DNA from: Bacteroidota bacterium
Lineage (GTDB): Bacteria; Bacteroidota; Ignavibacteria; SZUA-365
NCBI GenBank assembly: GCA_034002405.1
Contig: JAVFAS010000010.1
Coordinates: 2,272-66,271 of the forward strand
DNA: 64,000 nucleotides
Direction: 5' to 3'
The position numbers were made by a program, and so were the translations under genes. The notes beneath the pieces were generated by a model, which did no database searches, was not told where the DNA came from, and was given only the letters and a program-made list of their open reading frames with translations. Below are positions 7,990-16,613 of this stretch, one piece after another (the stretch's first letter is position 1; each line of letters starts with the position of its first letter).

Positions 7990-10900
7990 GTGAAAACAAT
8001 CATGAGAATTACGCTCACGATATTCCTGCTCACCATGCTCTGCATGTCGGAGGCACTCGCGCAGTCGCCGCCGTACATCAACTACCAGGGCGTGGCGCGC
8101 GACCGCAACGGCGCAGTGCTGCAAGAGCAGGCACTCGGCCTGCGCATCAGCATCCTGCAGGACGGACTGACCGGTCCGGTTGCCTACAGCGAACGGCATC
8201 GGGTCGTCACCAATGATTTCGGCATGTTCACACTCCTGATTGGCGGGGGCGAACTGCGGCAGGGGGCGCTCGACGCGCTGCCCTGGAGCAAGCACAGCTA
8301 CTGGCTGCAGGTGGAAATGGACGAGGAGGGGGGAAACAATTACTCGCTGCTCGGCGCATCGCAACTCCTGTCCGTGCCCTATGCATTTCATGCACTGCAC
8401 GCCGACGAGGCGGATCGCGTCAAGGACATCGACGCCTCCGCGGGCGGTACGGGCGGATCGAACGGCTCACCCTGGTCCACCCGCGGCAACGAAGGGACCG
8501 ACGCCGCGTTTGATTTCATCGGCACCAGTGACCGCGTGGATCTCGTGTTCGGAACCGACAACATCGAGCGCATGCGCCTCACCGCGTACGGCAAGCTCGG
8601 TCTTGGTACCAACACGCCCGCCAGCACCTTCGACGTGAAGGGCAACGCGACCATCGGGTCCACCTACGCCGGTGTGCGCACCGCGCCGGAAAACGGCATG
8701 CTTGTCGAGGGTCGCGTCGGCATCGGCGAACCCAATCCCAACGCCATGCTCGAGGTCAATGGTGAATTCATCGTCGGAAGGAATTTCACCGGCGTCAATC
8801 TGCCCCCACTCGACGGTGCCTTGTTCGAAGGTCGTGTCGGCATCGGCACGCCGGGACCCGGCAGCATGCTCAGCGTCAGCGGCGGCCTGGCCGTCGGAAC
8901 GCTGTTCTCGGAGAACGAGGCACCGGATGACGGCGCCGCGTTCGAAGGACAGGTCGGTATCGGCACCACCATCCCGAAAAGCTGGCTCGGGGTCGCGGGC
9001 AATACGTCGATCGGTGCGGAATATGCGCGATCCTACGACGCGCCCGCGAATGGTCTCCTCGTGCAGGGTGATGTCGGATTCGGAACCGAGGCGCCTCTCA
9101 GCCGTCTTGGCGTCGCCGGCAACGTCAGCATCGGCAGCCTCTTCGCCAGCGCCTACCCGGCGCCGGAGGACGGGCTGATGGTGCAAGGACCGATCTGGTC
9201 CGGCGTGCACGAGTCGGAGTACGCCTTCCACGTCATCGGCAACAGCTTTCTCGATGGGACCGCGGAGATCAGCGGTAACACGAAGGTCGGCGGTACGCTC
9301 GACGTCGATGGCGTCACGACCATCCATGACAAGACCGACGTTCCGGTCATCATGAGCATGAAGGAAGTGAATGCTTCCAGCTTCCTCGGCAGTTTCCGCA
9401 CCGAAGGCGGCGCGGGCGTGGAGAAAAACATGAACGTCGGCGTTGACATGGGTGTCGGACGCGACGCGTATGTCGGCCGCAACCTCAAGGTCGGCGGCAG
9501 CGCGAACTTCAAGAACCTGATCGTCGAGAATTACGCGGATATCGGCCGGAATCCCGATCCCGTCCTCGATCCCGATCTGAATCCGACGCCCATGGCGCCG
9601 GTCACCCTGATCAACAAGGGGAAGACGGTTCTGGAGAAAGAGGTCTCGATCACCGATGCCACGCAGTCCACCAACAGCAGCAGCGGCGCGCTTATCGTCG
9701 CCGGCGGTGTGGGCATCGCCAAGGACCTGCAGATCGCGGGACAGATCAAGATCAACAACGCGGCCGGCAGTGCGAGCGCCGGGACGCCCGCGAGCTACCC
9801 GCTGTATGTCAACGGCGGAAGTCAGGGCGTGGCGGTGCATCTGAGCACCGGTGCGAACAGTGGCAACAATTACATGCGATTCTCCGACAACGGGGGACAG
9901 CGCGGGGCGATCCAGGGTGAGACGCAGGCCGAACGGCTGGCGAGTCTTGATTACATCCTGATGACACTGCAGCATGTGTTCGATGTCACTGACGCGGCGG
10001 TCGAGCTTGTTTCCGAAATCACCGATTTCCGTGTCGGCGTCGGCCTCGGCGTCGTGACCGTGACGCCCGGTGTGGCGAAGATCGCCTATGCCGTGGCGAA
10101 GATCATCCTTCTCGCCGTGCAGGTCGGCGTCGAGCAGGCGACCTATATCCAGGATTTCGGCGTCGCCTATTCCTCCGGAAACGGCGATTACGCCGAATGG
10201 CTCGAGCGCGCCGATCCGTCGGAAAAACTCGTGTTCGGCGATATCGTCGGCGCGCGTGCCGGAAAAATCTCCAAGGAGCTCACCGGCGCGGACATGATCT
10301 TCGTCGTCTCCAAGTCGCCGATCGTGCTCGGCAACGTGCCCCCCGCGGGACGCGAGGAGTTTTACGAGAAATGCGCGTTCCTCGGCCAGGTGCCGGTCAA
10401 GGTCGTCGGCCCGGTCACGCCGGGTGACTACATCATCCCGTCGGGACGCAATAACGGCATCGGTATCGCGGTGCCCGCCGCCGAACTCACGGCCGAGCAG
10501 GCCGCCGTGGTCGTTGGTGTCGCGTGGGAAGCTCTCGCGGACGGCATGCCCGGGTATGTCAACGTCGCCGTCGGCATGCCGGTCAAGTCGGGGGTCGAGG
10601 TGCTCAAGCGGCAGCAGGAAACCATTGCCGGGATGCAATCCCGTATCAACGCGATGGAATCGGTGCTGCGCGAGCTCATCCCCGATCTCGACACGCGTCT
10701 CGCGCGGCACGGGATCGACCCGACCGCCACCGACGCGGCGCAAACCGCGACCGGTGCGCCGGCACCGGCCCCCGGACAGGTGCAGCCCGACGAGCCCGTG
10801 GATCCGAATCCCGGATCCGGAACTCCGAATCCTGACCTGATCACCGAGGACGTCTTCACCCGTGCGATCGATATCGCGAAAAACGACATGCGCAGCCGTG

Positions 10901-11046
10901 GGCTGAATCCCAGCGAGTTCCCGCTCATGGCATCGCTGGAGAACGACGCATCCTTCCGTGCCACCTACCTCGCGGCACTGAAAAACATGGTCCGCACTGG
11001 CGGCGACCGCAGCGAACTCGATCGCCTGATGAAGACAGGCCAGTAA
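7990..11046 (+). CDS. tail-fibre-like secreted repeat protein (about 1015 aa), no T9SS CTD
   Basis: Signal peptide, then an N-terminal INYQGVARD...LSVPYAFHA module. Five repeats of about 40 aa, each G.VGIGT..P...L.V.G...IG. A later Gly/Val-rich hydrophobic stretch. A GDYAEWLE...GDIV...VVSKSPIVLGN...LGQVPVKVVG...GDYIIPSG region that resembles phage tail-spike autoproteolytic (Peptidase_G2-like) C-terminal domains. Then a coiled coil and a Pro-rich tail. The start is GTG 7990 or ATG 8002, 12 nt after the preceding gene. Confidence 0.8.
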   Translation: MKTIMRITLTIFLLTMLCMSEALAQSPPYINYQGVARDRNGAVLQEQALGLRISILQDGLTGPVAYSERHRVVTNDFGMFTLLIGGGELRQGALDALPWSKHSYWLQVEMDEEGGNNYSLLGASQLLSVPYAFHALHADEADRVKDIDASAGGTGGSNGSPWSTRGNEGTDAAFDFIGTSDRVDLVFGTDNIERMRLTAYGKLGLGTNTPASTFDVKGNATIGSTYAGVRTAPENGMLVEGRVGIGEPNPNAMLEVNGEFIVGRNFTGVNLPPLDGALFEGRVGIGTPGPGSMLSVSGGLAVGTLFSENEAPDDGAAFEGQVGIGTTIPKSWLGVAGNTSIGAEYARSYDAPANGLLVQGDVGFGTEAPLSRLGVAGNVSIGSLFASAYPAPEDGLMVQGPIWSGVHESEYAFHVIGNSFLDGTAEISGNTKVGGTLDVDGVTTIHDKTDVPVIMSMKEVNASSFLGSFRTEGGAGVEKNMNVGVDMGVGRDAYVGRNLKVGGSANFKNLIVENYADIGRNPDPVLDPDLNPTPMAPVTLINKGKTVLEKEVSITDATQSTNSSSGALIVAGGVGIAKDLQIAGQIKINNAAGSASAGTPASYPLYVNGGSQGVAVHLSTGANSGNNYMRFSDNGGQRGAIQGETQAERLASLDYILMTLQHVFDVTDAAVELVSEITDFRVGVGLGVVTVTPGVAKIAYAVAKIILLAVQVGVEQATYIQDFGVAYSSGNGDYAEWLERADPSEKLVFGDIVGARAGKISKELTGADMIFVVSKSPIVLGNVPPAGREEFYEKCAFLGQVPVKVVGPVTPGDYIIPSGRNNGIGIAVPAAELTAEQAAVVVGVAWEALADGMPGYVNVAVGMPVKSGVEVLKRQQETIAGMQSRINAMESVLRELIPDLDTRLARHGIDPTATDAAQTATGAPAPAPGQVQPDEPVDPNPGSGTPNPDLITEDVFTRAIDIAKNDMRSRGLNPSEFPLMASLENDASFRATYLAALKNMVRTGGDRSELDRLMKTGQ
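8590..9189 (+). repeat. five tandem repeats of about 40 aa (G.VGIGT..P...L.V.GN..IG.......AP..G..V(E/Q))
   Basis: Read directly from the translation: GKLGLGTNTPASTFDVKGNATIG..., GRVGIGEPNPNAMLEVNGEFIVG..., GRVGIGTPGPGSMLSVSGGLAVG..., GQVGIGTTIPKSWLGVAGNTSIG..., GDVGFGTEAPLSRLGVAGNVSIG... Confidence 0.85.
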
Positions 11047-11062
11047 CAACCGTTCTCATCAG

Positions 11063-11100
11063 ACACCCGCCCGGAGGAGACCCTATCCTCCGGGCGGTGT
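11063..11100 (+). terminator. GC-rich hairpin after the tail-fibre-like gene
   Basis: acacccgcccggagga...tcctccgggcggtgt, 17 nt after the stop. The following T-run is weak (tcgtattcg). Confidence 0.6.
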
Positions 11101-11199
11101 CGTATTCGATGCACGCAGACGAGCCGGAGCCCGCGCTCCCGGGCATCGGCGCAATCCGCCCGGGTGTCGTTCACCGGACGTGATTCCCGTTCATCGGAC

Positions 11200-11228
11200 T
11201 TGATTCCGGAGAAACTTTCCCGTACCAT
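11200..11228 (+). promoter_or_regulatory. sigma70-type promoter TTGATT-N17-TACCAT placed 5 nt from the ATG (predicts a leaderless mRNA)
   Basis: -35 at 11200..11205, 17-nt spacer, -10 at 11223..11228, then aaaaa and ATG at 11234. Same geometry as 6587..6623. Confidence 0.5.
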
Positions 11229-11233
11229 AAAAA

Positions 11234-11872
11234 ATGCTTTCCATCTGTATCGCCACGACCTTCCCGGTGTTCCTGGACGGGTTACTGCGCGTGCTGCATC
11301 AGCAACACGATATGGACGTCTGCGCACCGACCATGGATGCCGCATCGCTGATCCGTTCCTGCCGTCTTCATCACGCCGACGTGCTCGTGCTTGACGTCAA
11401 GTTTTCGGGCGATCGCACCGAGTCGCTCCTGCGACGGCTCCGGCAGTCGGGGTGCGTGGCGGCGGTGGTGCTGTTTGGTGAATGGACGCCGGAGACGGCC
11501 GATCGTGCCGACCGGATGGGCGTGTGCGGCCTGGTCAGCGCGGAGGATAGCGCGGACACGTTTCTGCGCGCGATCCGCGCGACAGCCGCGGGAAGCCGCT
11601 TTGTATCGGACCGGGTCCAGCGCATGTTCGACACAACGCGGGATGAAGCGACGCGGGACGAAGACCGTCTCGAACGTCTGCTCACCCCGACAGAACGGCA
11701 GGTGCTCTACGCGTTGGCCGACAATCGCACGAGCAGACAGATCGCGGACGAGATGTTCATCAGCTTTCGCACCGTGCAGAAGCACCGCAGCAACATCGTC
11801 CGCAAACTGCATCTTGACGGCAGCAACGCGTTGCTCTCGCTGGCCGTGCGTCATTTCCGCGACATGCGATGA
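11234..11872 (+). CDS. LuxR/NarL-family regulator, paralog of 6621..7262, degenerate receiver domain
   Basis: HTH: LTPTERQVLYALADNRTSRQIADEMFISFRTVQKHRSNIVRKLHL. It shares LFGEWTPE, DTFLRAI and G.RFVSDR blocks with the paralog. The Asp at the phospho-acceptor position is retained (VLVLDVKF), but the acidic pair, Ser/Thr and Lys positions are lost. Confidence 0.85.
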   Translation: MLSICIATTFPVFLDGLLRVLHQQHDMDVCAPTMDAASLIRSCRLHHADVLVLDVKFSGDRTESLLRRLRQSGCVAAVVLFGEWTPETADRADRMGVCGLVSAEDSADTFLRAIRATAAGSRFVSDRVQRMFDTTRDEATRDEDRLERLLTPTERQVLYALADNRTSRQIADEMFISFRTVQKHRSNIVRKLHLDGSNALLSLAVRHFRDMR

Positions 11873-12042
11873 CCGCGCGGCGCGACACGCCGCCGCTGTC
11901 GGCGCGGAGGCGCGATCCCGTCACGAGAGGACCATGGGATGCGGTTTTCCGAATTTGCGTGAGCCCTTGTTTCTTTCCACGGTGAAACGGATCTTCTTTT
12001 CACGGTCTCTGCCTCGTCCGTCCACAACAAGGGTGATCATTC

Positions 12043-13701
12043 ATGGCAGTGCAACAGGAGCGCTGGGGTTCACGTATCGGACTGATTCTCGCCGTCGCCG
12101 GCAACGCCGTGGGCCTCGGCAATTTCCTGCGCTTTCCCGCGCAGGCCGTGCAGAACGGCGGCGGTGCCTTCATCATTCCGTATCTCGTCTCCTTCCTCGT
12201 GATGGGCATCCCCCTTTTATGGATCGAATGGGCGATCGGCCGGCATGGCGGACGCTACGGATTCCATGCGACGCCCGGCGCCATGCATGCCATGGGGCGG
12301 CACTGGTGGTGGAAGTATATCGGGGTCTTCGGCATCTTCACGAACCTGACCGTGGCGTCGTACTACGCCTTCATCGAGTCATGGACGCTGGGCTTCGTCT
12401 GGTATTCGCTCACCGGCGCGTTCAACGGACTCCCCGCCGACCAGATCAGCGGCTTCTTCAGCTGGTATCTCGGCATCACGCCCGACGGGGGCCTGTTCAC
12501 GTTCTCCCCCCCGGCCATCACCTTCTTCGTCATCACGCTCGCGCTCAATATCTGGATTCTCTCCCGTGGCCTTTCGGGCGGCGTGGAAAAAGCCAGCAAG
12601 ATCGGCATGCCGTTGCTGCTGTTCTTCGGCGCCCTGCTCGCCATCCGCGCGCTCACGCTGCATGCCGGGGAGCAGGGGGCGGTCAATGACGCCGCGCTGG
12701 GACTCGATTTCCTCTGGCGGCCCCAGTTCGACTCCCTGACCAATCCCAATGTCTGGCTCGCCGCGGCCGGACAGATCTTCTTCACGCTCTCGGTGGGCAT
12801 GGGCTCGATCCATTGCTACGCGTCCTATCTCCGCAAGGACGATGACATCGCGCTCAACGCCGCCACCGCGGGGTGGACCAACGAGTTCGTCGAAGTCGTG
12901 CTGGGCGGCACCATCATCGTTCCCATCGCCGCGGCGTATCTCGGACTCGAATGGCTGCAGGCCAATGTCGGTTTCGAAATGGGCTTCCGCACCATGCCGG
13001 TGTTGTTCCAGAACTGGGGTCCCTGGTTCGCCACCATCGCCGGTGTCGCCTGGTTCGGTCTGCTGTTCTTCGCCGGCGTCACCAGCTCGCTCGCGATGGG
13101 GCAACCGATCATGGCATTTCTCGAGGACGAATTCTCGATCGAGCGCCGCCGCGCCGCGGTGTATTTCGGATTCACGGTTCTTTTTCTCGCGCTGCCGAGT
13201 GTGCTGCTCTACAACGCCGGGGCCTTCAACGAATTCGATTACTGGGCGGGGACATTCTCGCTGGTGGTGTTCGGACTCGCGGAGGTGATCCTGTTTGCCT
13301 GGGTGTTCGGGATCAGGAACGGCTGGGAGGAAATCACGCGCGGTGCCGATATCCGGGTTCCCGTGATATTCCGTTTCCTGATCAAATACGTCACTCCGGT
13401 ATTCCTGCTCGCCGTCTTCATCGGCGCCATGGTCAAGCCCGCGGACGGCAACTGGATCGCGGCGATCTCGGGACTGTTCACCGGCGCCGGGTGGAATCTC
13501 GCCCCCGACAGCGTCGTGGGGTCGGTGCTGCACATTGGCGTGGAGGATACCCGCTGGTTTGTCGACGGTGCCATCACGCGTCTCGCGATCATCGATCTGA
13601 CGCGACTTCTTCTGCTCTCGACCTATCTCGGGATTTCAACCATGGTGTTCCTGGCATTCCGTAAACACCGCCACCGGAATTTTAGCACGGAGGACGTATG
13701 A
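12043..13701 (+). CDS. sodium-dependent transporter, neurotransmitter:sodium symporter (NSS/SNF) family
   Basis: The N-terminal WGSRIGLILAVAGNAVGLGNFLRFPAQAVQNGGGAFIIPYL is the NSS signature. About 12 hydrophobic segments. Confidence 0.95.
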   Translation: MAVQQERWGSRIGLILAVAGNAVGLGNFLRFPAQAVQNGGGAFIIPYLVSFLVMGIPLLWIEWAIGRHGGRYGFHATPGAMHAMGRHWWWKYIGVFGIFTNLTVASYYAFIESWTLGFVWYSLTGAFNGLPADQISGFFSWYLGITPDGGLFTFSPPAITFFVITLALNIWILSRGLSGGVEKASKIGMPLLLFFGALLAIRALTLHAGEQGAVNDAALGLDFLWRPQFDSLTNPNVWLAAAGQIFFTLSVGMGSIHCYASYLRKDDDIALNAATAGWTNEFVEVVLGGTIIVPIAAAYLGLEWLQANVGFEMGFRTMPVLFQNWGPWFATIAGVAWFGLLFFAGVTSSLAMGQPIMAFLEDEFSIERRRAAVYFGFTVLFLALPSVLLYNAGAFNEFDYWAGTFSLVVFGLAEVILFAWVFGIRNGWEEITRGADIRVPVIFRFLIKYVTPVFLLAVFIGAMVKPADGNWIAAISGLFTGAGWNLAPDSVVGSVLHIGVEDTRWFVDGAITRLAIIDLTRLLLLSTYLGISTMVFLAFRKHRHRNFSTEDV

Positions 13702-13796
13702 GTACCGCCGCCCTCATCACCATGCTCGTCACCTGGAGCATCGTGATCACCACGCTGGCCGTGTTGTACGTGAAGGTCCTGCGTTCGAAAAAATAG
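13698..13796 (+). CDS. 32-aa single-TM small protein overlapping the NSS stop (possible MetS-like NSS small subunit)
   Basis: ATGA overlap (ATG 13698, NSS TGA 13699..13701). Translation is MSTAALITMLVTWSIVITTLAVLYVKVLRSKK. It is below the ORF-track size cutoff. Confidence 0.5.
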   Translation: MSTAALITMLVTWSIVITTLAVLYVKVLRSKK

Positions 13797-13802
13797 GCAT
13801 GC

Positions 13803-16613
13803 TCACAGCGAGAAATTCCGCAGGTTCCACGTCACCGTCAGCAGCACGTAGCGCTGGAGCATGGTGGTCCGCGTGTCCTCGATATAGGTGTCGGTGACGC
13901 TGCGTGCGATGCTGTTGTTCTGCTTGAGCAGGTCGAATACCGACAACCGGATTTCCGCCGCGTGTTCGGGGAGGAATTTATATCCGAGGCTCATGTTCCA
14001 CAGCAGGAAATCGTCGTTGAATCCTTCCGAGAGGCCGCGATAGTACTCATGCGCCAGATCGGTACTGAAGACAAAGTCCTCCAGGAATATCCAATTCAAC
14101 CGCACGCGCGATGACTGCGTGTGATAGCTGGTGTTGCGCTGTTCCTGCAGGGAATTTTGTATCCACGTCAGGTTGGCCTGTGTCGAAATCGTGAAGTCGA
14201 TTTCCGGACTGATGTTGCTGCTCAGCGAGAGTCCGACACCGCCGGCGGGCGCCGCGGCATGATTCATTTCGCCATTGATACGGCTCGGCGTGCGCGAGAA
14301 ACTGCCGAAGAGATTCAGGTTGAGATTCGAGCGCAGGAAGCCCAGCACGCGGCCGTAGGTCAGGAAACCCCGGAGGGCGTAGGAGCCGTCGAAATTCTCG
14401 GGACGCGTGATCTGCGTCCCGCGCAGCAGCGGGATCCCCCCGAAGACGGTGGTGTCGGCGCCCGCGACCACGGTGTTGTTACCGATCGCGTCGAAGGTAT
14501 AGCTTCCCATCGCGAAGAGGAAGAGATAACTCCCCGCCGCGAGATTCGCGGTCGAGTAGCGCATGCCGAGAAACTGCATGTTCTCCTGCTCGAGTTCGGG
14601 ATTGCCGATCGAGAGCAACAGCGGATTGGAATTGTCGAGCACGTCCTGCAGGCGTGTCACGCTGGGCGGTGACGTCCGTGCGCGGTAGAACATGTTGAAG
14701 TCCCGCCCCTGTGCGATTTTATAGCGCAGCATCGCGAAGGGAATGACGTCGCCATAGCGGCGGTCAATGGTGTGTTCGGTGGGATACACCTGCGCGTTCC
14801 GCAGCATCGCCCACTGATACCCCACACCCACCATGCCGTTGATGGATTCGTTCTCGTAGCGGTATCCGACACTGGCGTTCTGTGTCAGGTAGTCGGTCGA
14901 GAATTCGTTGCTCTGCAGCGGATCGAGTTCCTCGGACAGTCCCGCCAGCACGGGGAGTGCCCAGGTGCGCTTGTCCGACGCGTCATTGCTGAAGGCGGCG
15001 CGGTGACGCAGTTGCAGCTGTCCGCGCCGTCCGATCGGCTCGGTGTAGGTCGCGGTCGCCTCGGCCGACCATCCATCACTGTCAAGATCCGAGCGTTGCC
15101 GCGTCGTGTCGAAAACGGTCTGGCCGCCGAAGCTGGCATAGTCATAAAAGAGATGATTATCTCCAGTATTATTCTTCAGATCATGTTCGATCTCGAAGGA
15201 GAAGGTCCGGCCCCGTGTGGCGAAGCGGCGGCGGTAGAGCAGCGCGTTGCTGAAGGAAATGCCTTGCAGGTCGGACGCGAAATCACTGCGGCTGGCGTTG
15301 AGTGCGTCGCCGTCCATTACCGTTCCCGCGGTCAGGCGCTCCGCGCCGGTGTTGATCTGCGCCGAGAATCGCGGCCGCCAGAGGATGGAGTTGAGGGTGT
15401 CGATCTTGAAGTCGAGCCGGAGATTGACACGGTGGTTGGTGTTGTCGGTGGTGGCACTGCCGAGCTCATTGTAAAACTGCCCCTGCGCGGAAGGGAGGAT
15501 GAATTCCCGGGTAATGCCGCTGCCCGCGTCGAGATCACTCTGGTTGAAGAAGTAGCTGCCCGAGATCTCCACCGCGCCGAACCAGGTGTCGATGTAGTTG
15601 AGTCCGAGCGCGTTGGTCTGCGCGATCCCGTTACTGGTGTTGACCATGAAATCCCGGACGCTCCCGGCATTGAAGCTCGGCATGCCGCCGGCGGACGGTC
15701 GCGGTCCGCCCCCACGCATGCCGCCGCGCATGCCGCCGCGGTTCGCGGAGAGCATCACTCCCAGAAGATCTTCGGATGCGAAATTCTGTTCATTCACATC
15801 GTTGGTCATCGCCATCAGCGACCAGCGCTGCGTGCCGGAGAACGCATTCAGGATTGCCCCCGCGCGGTAGTGGGAATCCTCGCCATAGCCGGCATAGACC
15901 TTACCGAACTGTGCGTTCTTGATCGCGTCACGGGTGATGAAATTCATCGCCTTCACCTCATTGCCGTCGCTGAACCCGGTGAATCGCGCCTGTTCGCTCT
16001 GCTGGTCGAAGACCTGGATGCGCGAAATCACCTCGGCCGGGAGATTGCGCAGCAGTGCGCGTGCGTCGTCGCCGAAAAAGGGCCGCCCGTCGACCTGGAA
16101 CGCCTTGACCTCCTCGCCCTGGGATTCGACTTTCCCGTCCTTCACCGTCACCCCCGGCATCTTGCGCACCAAGTCCTCGGCGGTCGCGTCGGGATTGACC
16201 TTGAAGGCGCTGGCGAGGAATTCGGTGGTGTCATCCTTGAGCACCGCGATCGGGGCCTGTCCGGTCACCTCGACCTGATCGAGCCGGAAGCTCTCATCAC
16301 GCAGCGCGATATCGCCCAGCGCGGCCGACTTCCTGCGCAGCGCGACGTCCCGCACGTTCGTGGTGTAGCCGATGAAACTGATTTTCAGCACATACCGCCC
16401 GCCGCGGAGTCCGTCGAACAGGAAGCGGCCATCACGGCCTGAGATCGTCCCCCCCGCGGTGCTGCTGTCGGGCAGGCGCAGCAGCAGGACGTTGGCGTTC
16501 TGCAGCGGAGCTCCGCCATCTTCCTGGACGATACGGCCGCTGATGGAGAGATTCTGTGCGAGGGTGGGAGTGAAGAGGGAGAGGAGCAAGAGCATTGACG
16601 CAAGCTGTCGCAT
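13803..16613 (-). CDS. TonB-dependent-receptor-like outer membrane beta-barrel protein with N-terminal carboxypeptidase-regulatory-like domain
   Basis: Signal peptide MRQLASMLLLLSLFTPTLAQ. A CarboxypepD_reg-like segment (ISGRIVQEDGGAPLQNANVLLL...DGRFLFDGLRGGRYVLKISFIGY). A plug-like region, a Gly/Met/Arg-rich linker (RGGMRGGMRGGGP), then a long alternating beta-strand region. The start is trimmed to M13 of the tracked ORF. Confidence 0.85.
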   Translation of the reverse strand: MRQLASMLLLLSLFTPTLAQNLSISGRIVQEDGGAPLQNANVLLLRLPDSSTAGGTISGRDGRFLFDGLRGGRYVLKISFIGYTTNVRDVALRRKSAALGDIALRDESFRLDQVEVTGQAPIAVLKDDTTEFLASAFKVNPDATAEDLVRKMPGVTVKDGKVESQGEEVKAFQVDGRPFFGDDARALLRNLPAEVISRIQVFDQQSEQARFTGFSDGNEVKAMNFITRDAIKNAQFGKVYAGYGEDSHYRAGAILNAFSGTQRWSLMAMTNDVNEQNFASEDLLGVMLSANRGGMRGGMRGGGPRPSAGGMPSFNAGSVRDFMVNTSNGIAQTNALGLNYIDTWFGAVEISGSYFFNQSDLDAGSGITREFILPSAQGQFYNELGSATTDNTNHRVNLRLDFKIDTLNSILWRPRFSAQINTGAERLTAGTVMDGDALNASRSDFASDLQGISFSNALLYRRRFATRGRTFSFEIEHDLKNNTGDNHLFYDYASFGGQTVFDTTRQRSDLDSDGWSAEATATYTEPIGRRGQLQLRHRAAFSNDASDKRTWALPVLAGLSEELDPLQSNEFSTDYLTQNASVGYRYENESINGMVGVGYQWAMLRNAQVYPTEHTIDRRYGDVIPFAMLRYKIAQGRDFNMFYRARTSPPSVTRLQDVLDNSNPLLLSIGNPELEQENMQFLGMRYSTANLAAGSYLFLFAMGSYTFDAIGNNTVVAGADTTVFGGIPLLRGTQITRPENFDGSYALRGFLTYGRVLGFLRSNLNLNLFGSFSRTPSRINGEMNHAAAPAGGVGLSLSSNISPEIDFTISTQANLTWIQNSLQEQRNTSYHTQSSRVRLNWIFLEDFVFSTDLAHEYYRGLSEGFNDDFLLWNMSLGYKFLPEHAAEIRLSVFDLLKQNNSIARSVTDTYIEDTRTTMLQRYVLLTVTWNLRNFSL

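Noticed and set aside
8467-11049. 860-aa ORF on the minus strand
   Set aside because: It is antisense to the tail-fibre-like gene. The + strand frame shows a signal peptide and five clean 40-aa repeats, whereas the minus frame is Arg/Asp/Gly-rich noise.
11873-12042. Possible riboswitch or leader upstream of the NSS transporter
   Set aside because: I could not recognise any known riboswitch core (glycine, SAM, lysine and others) or a convincing terminator/antiterminator pair by eye. An Rfam scan would be needed to call anything.
11391-12689. 432-aa + strand ORF bridging the LuxR paralog and the NSS transporter
   Set aside because: It is out of frame with two confidently identified genes (LuxR HTH, NSS signature). 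It is Arg/Ala/Cys-rich and crosses the intergenic region.
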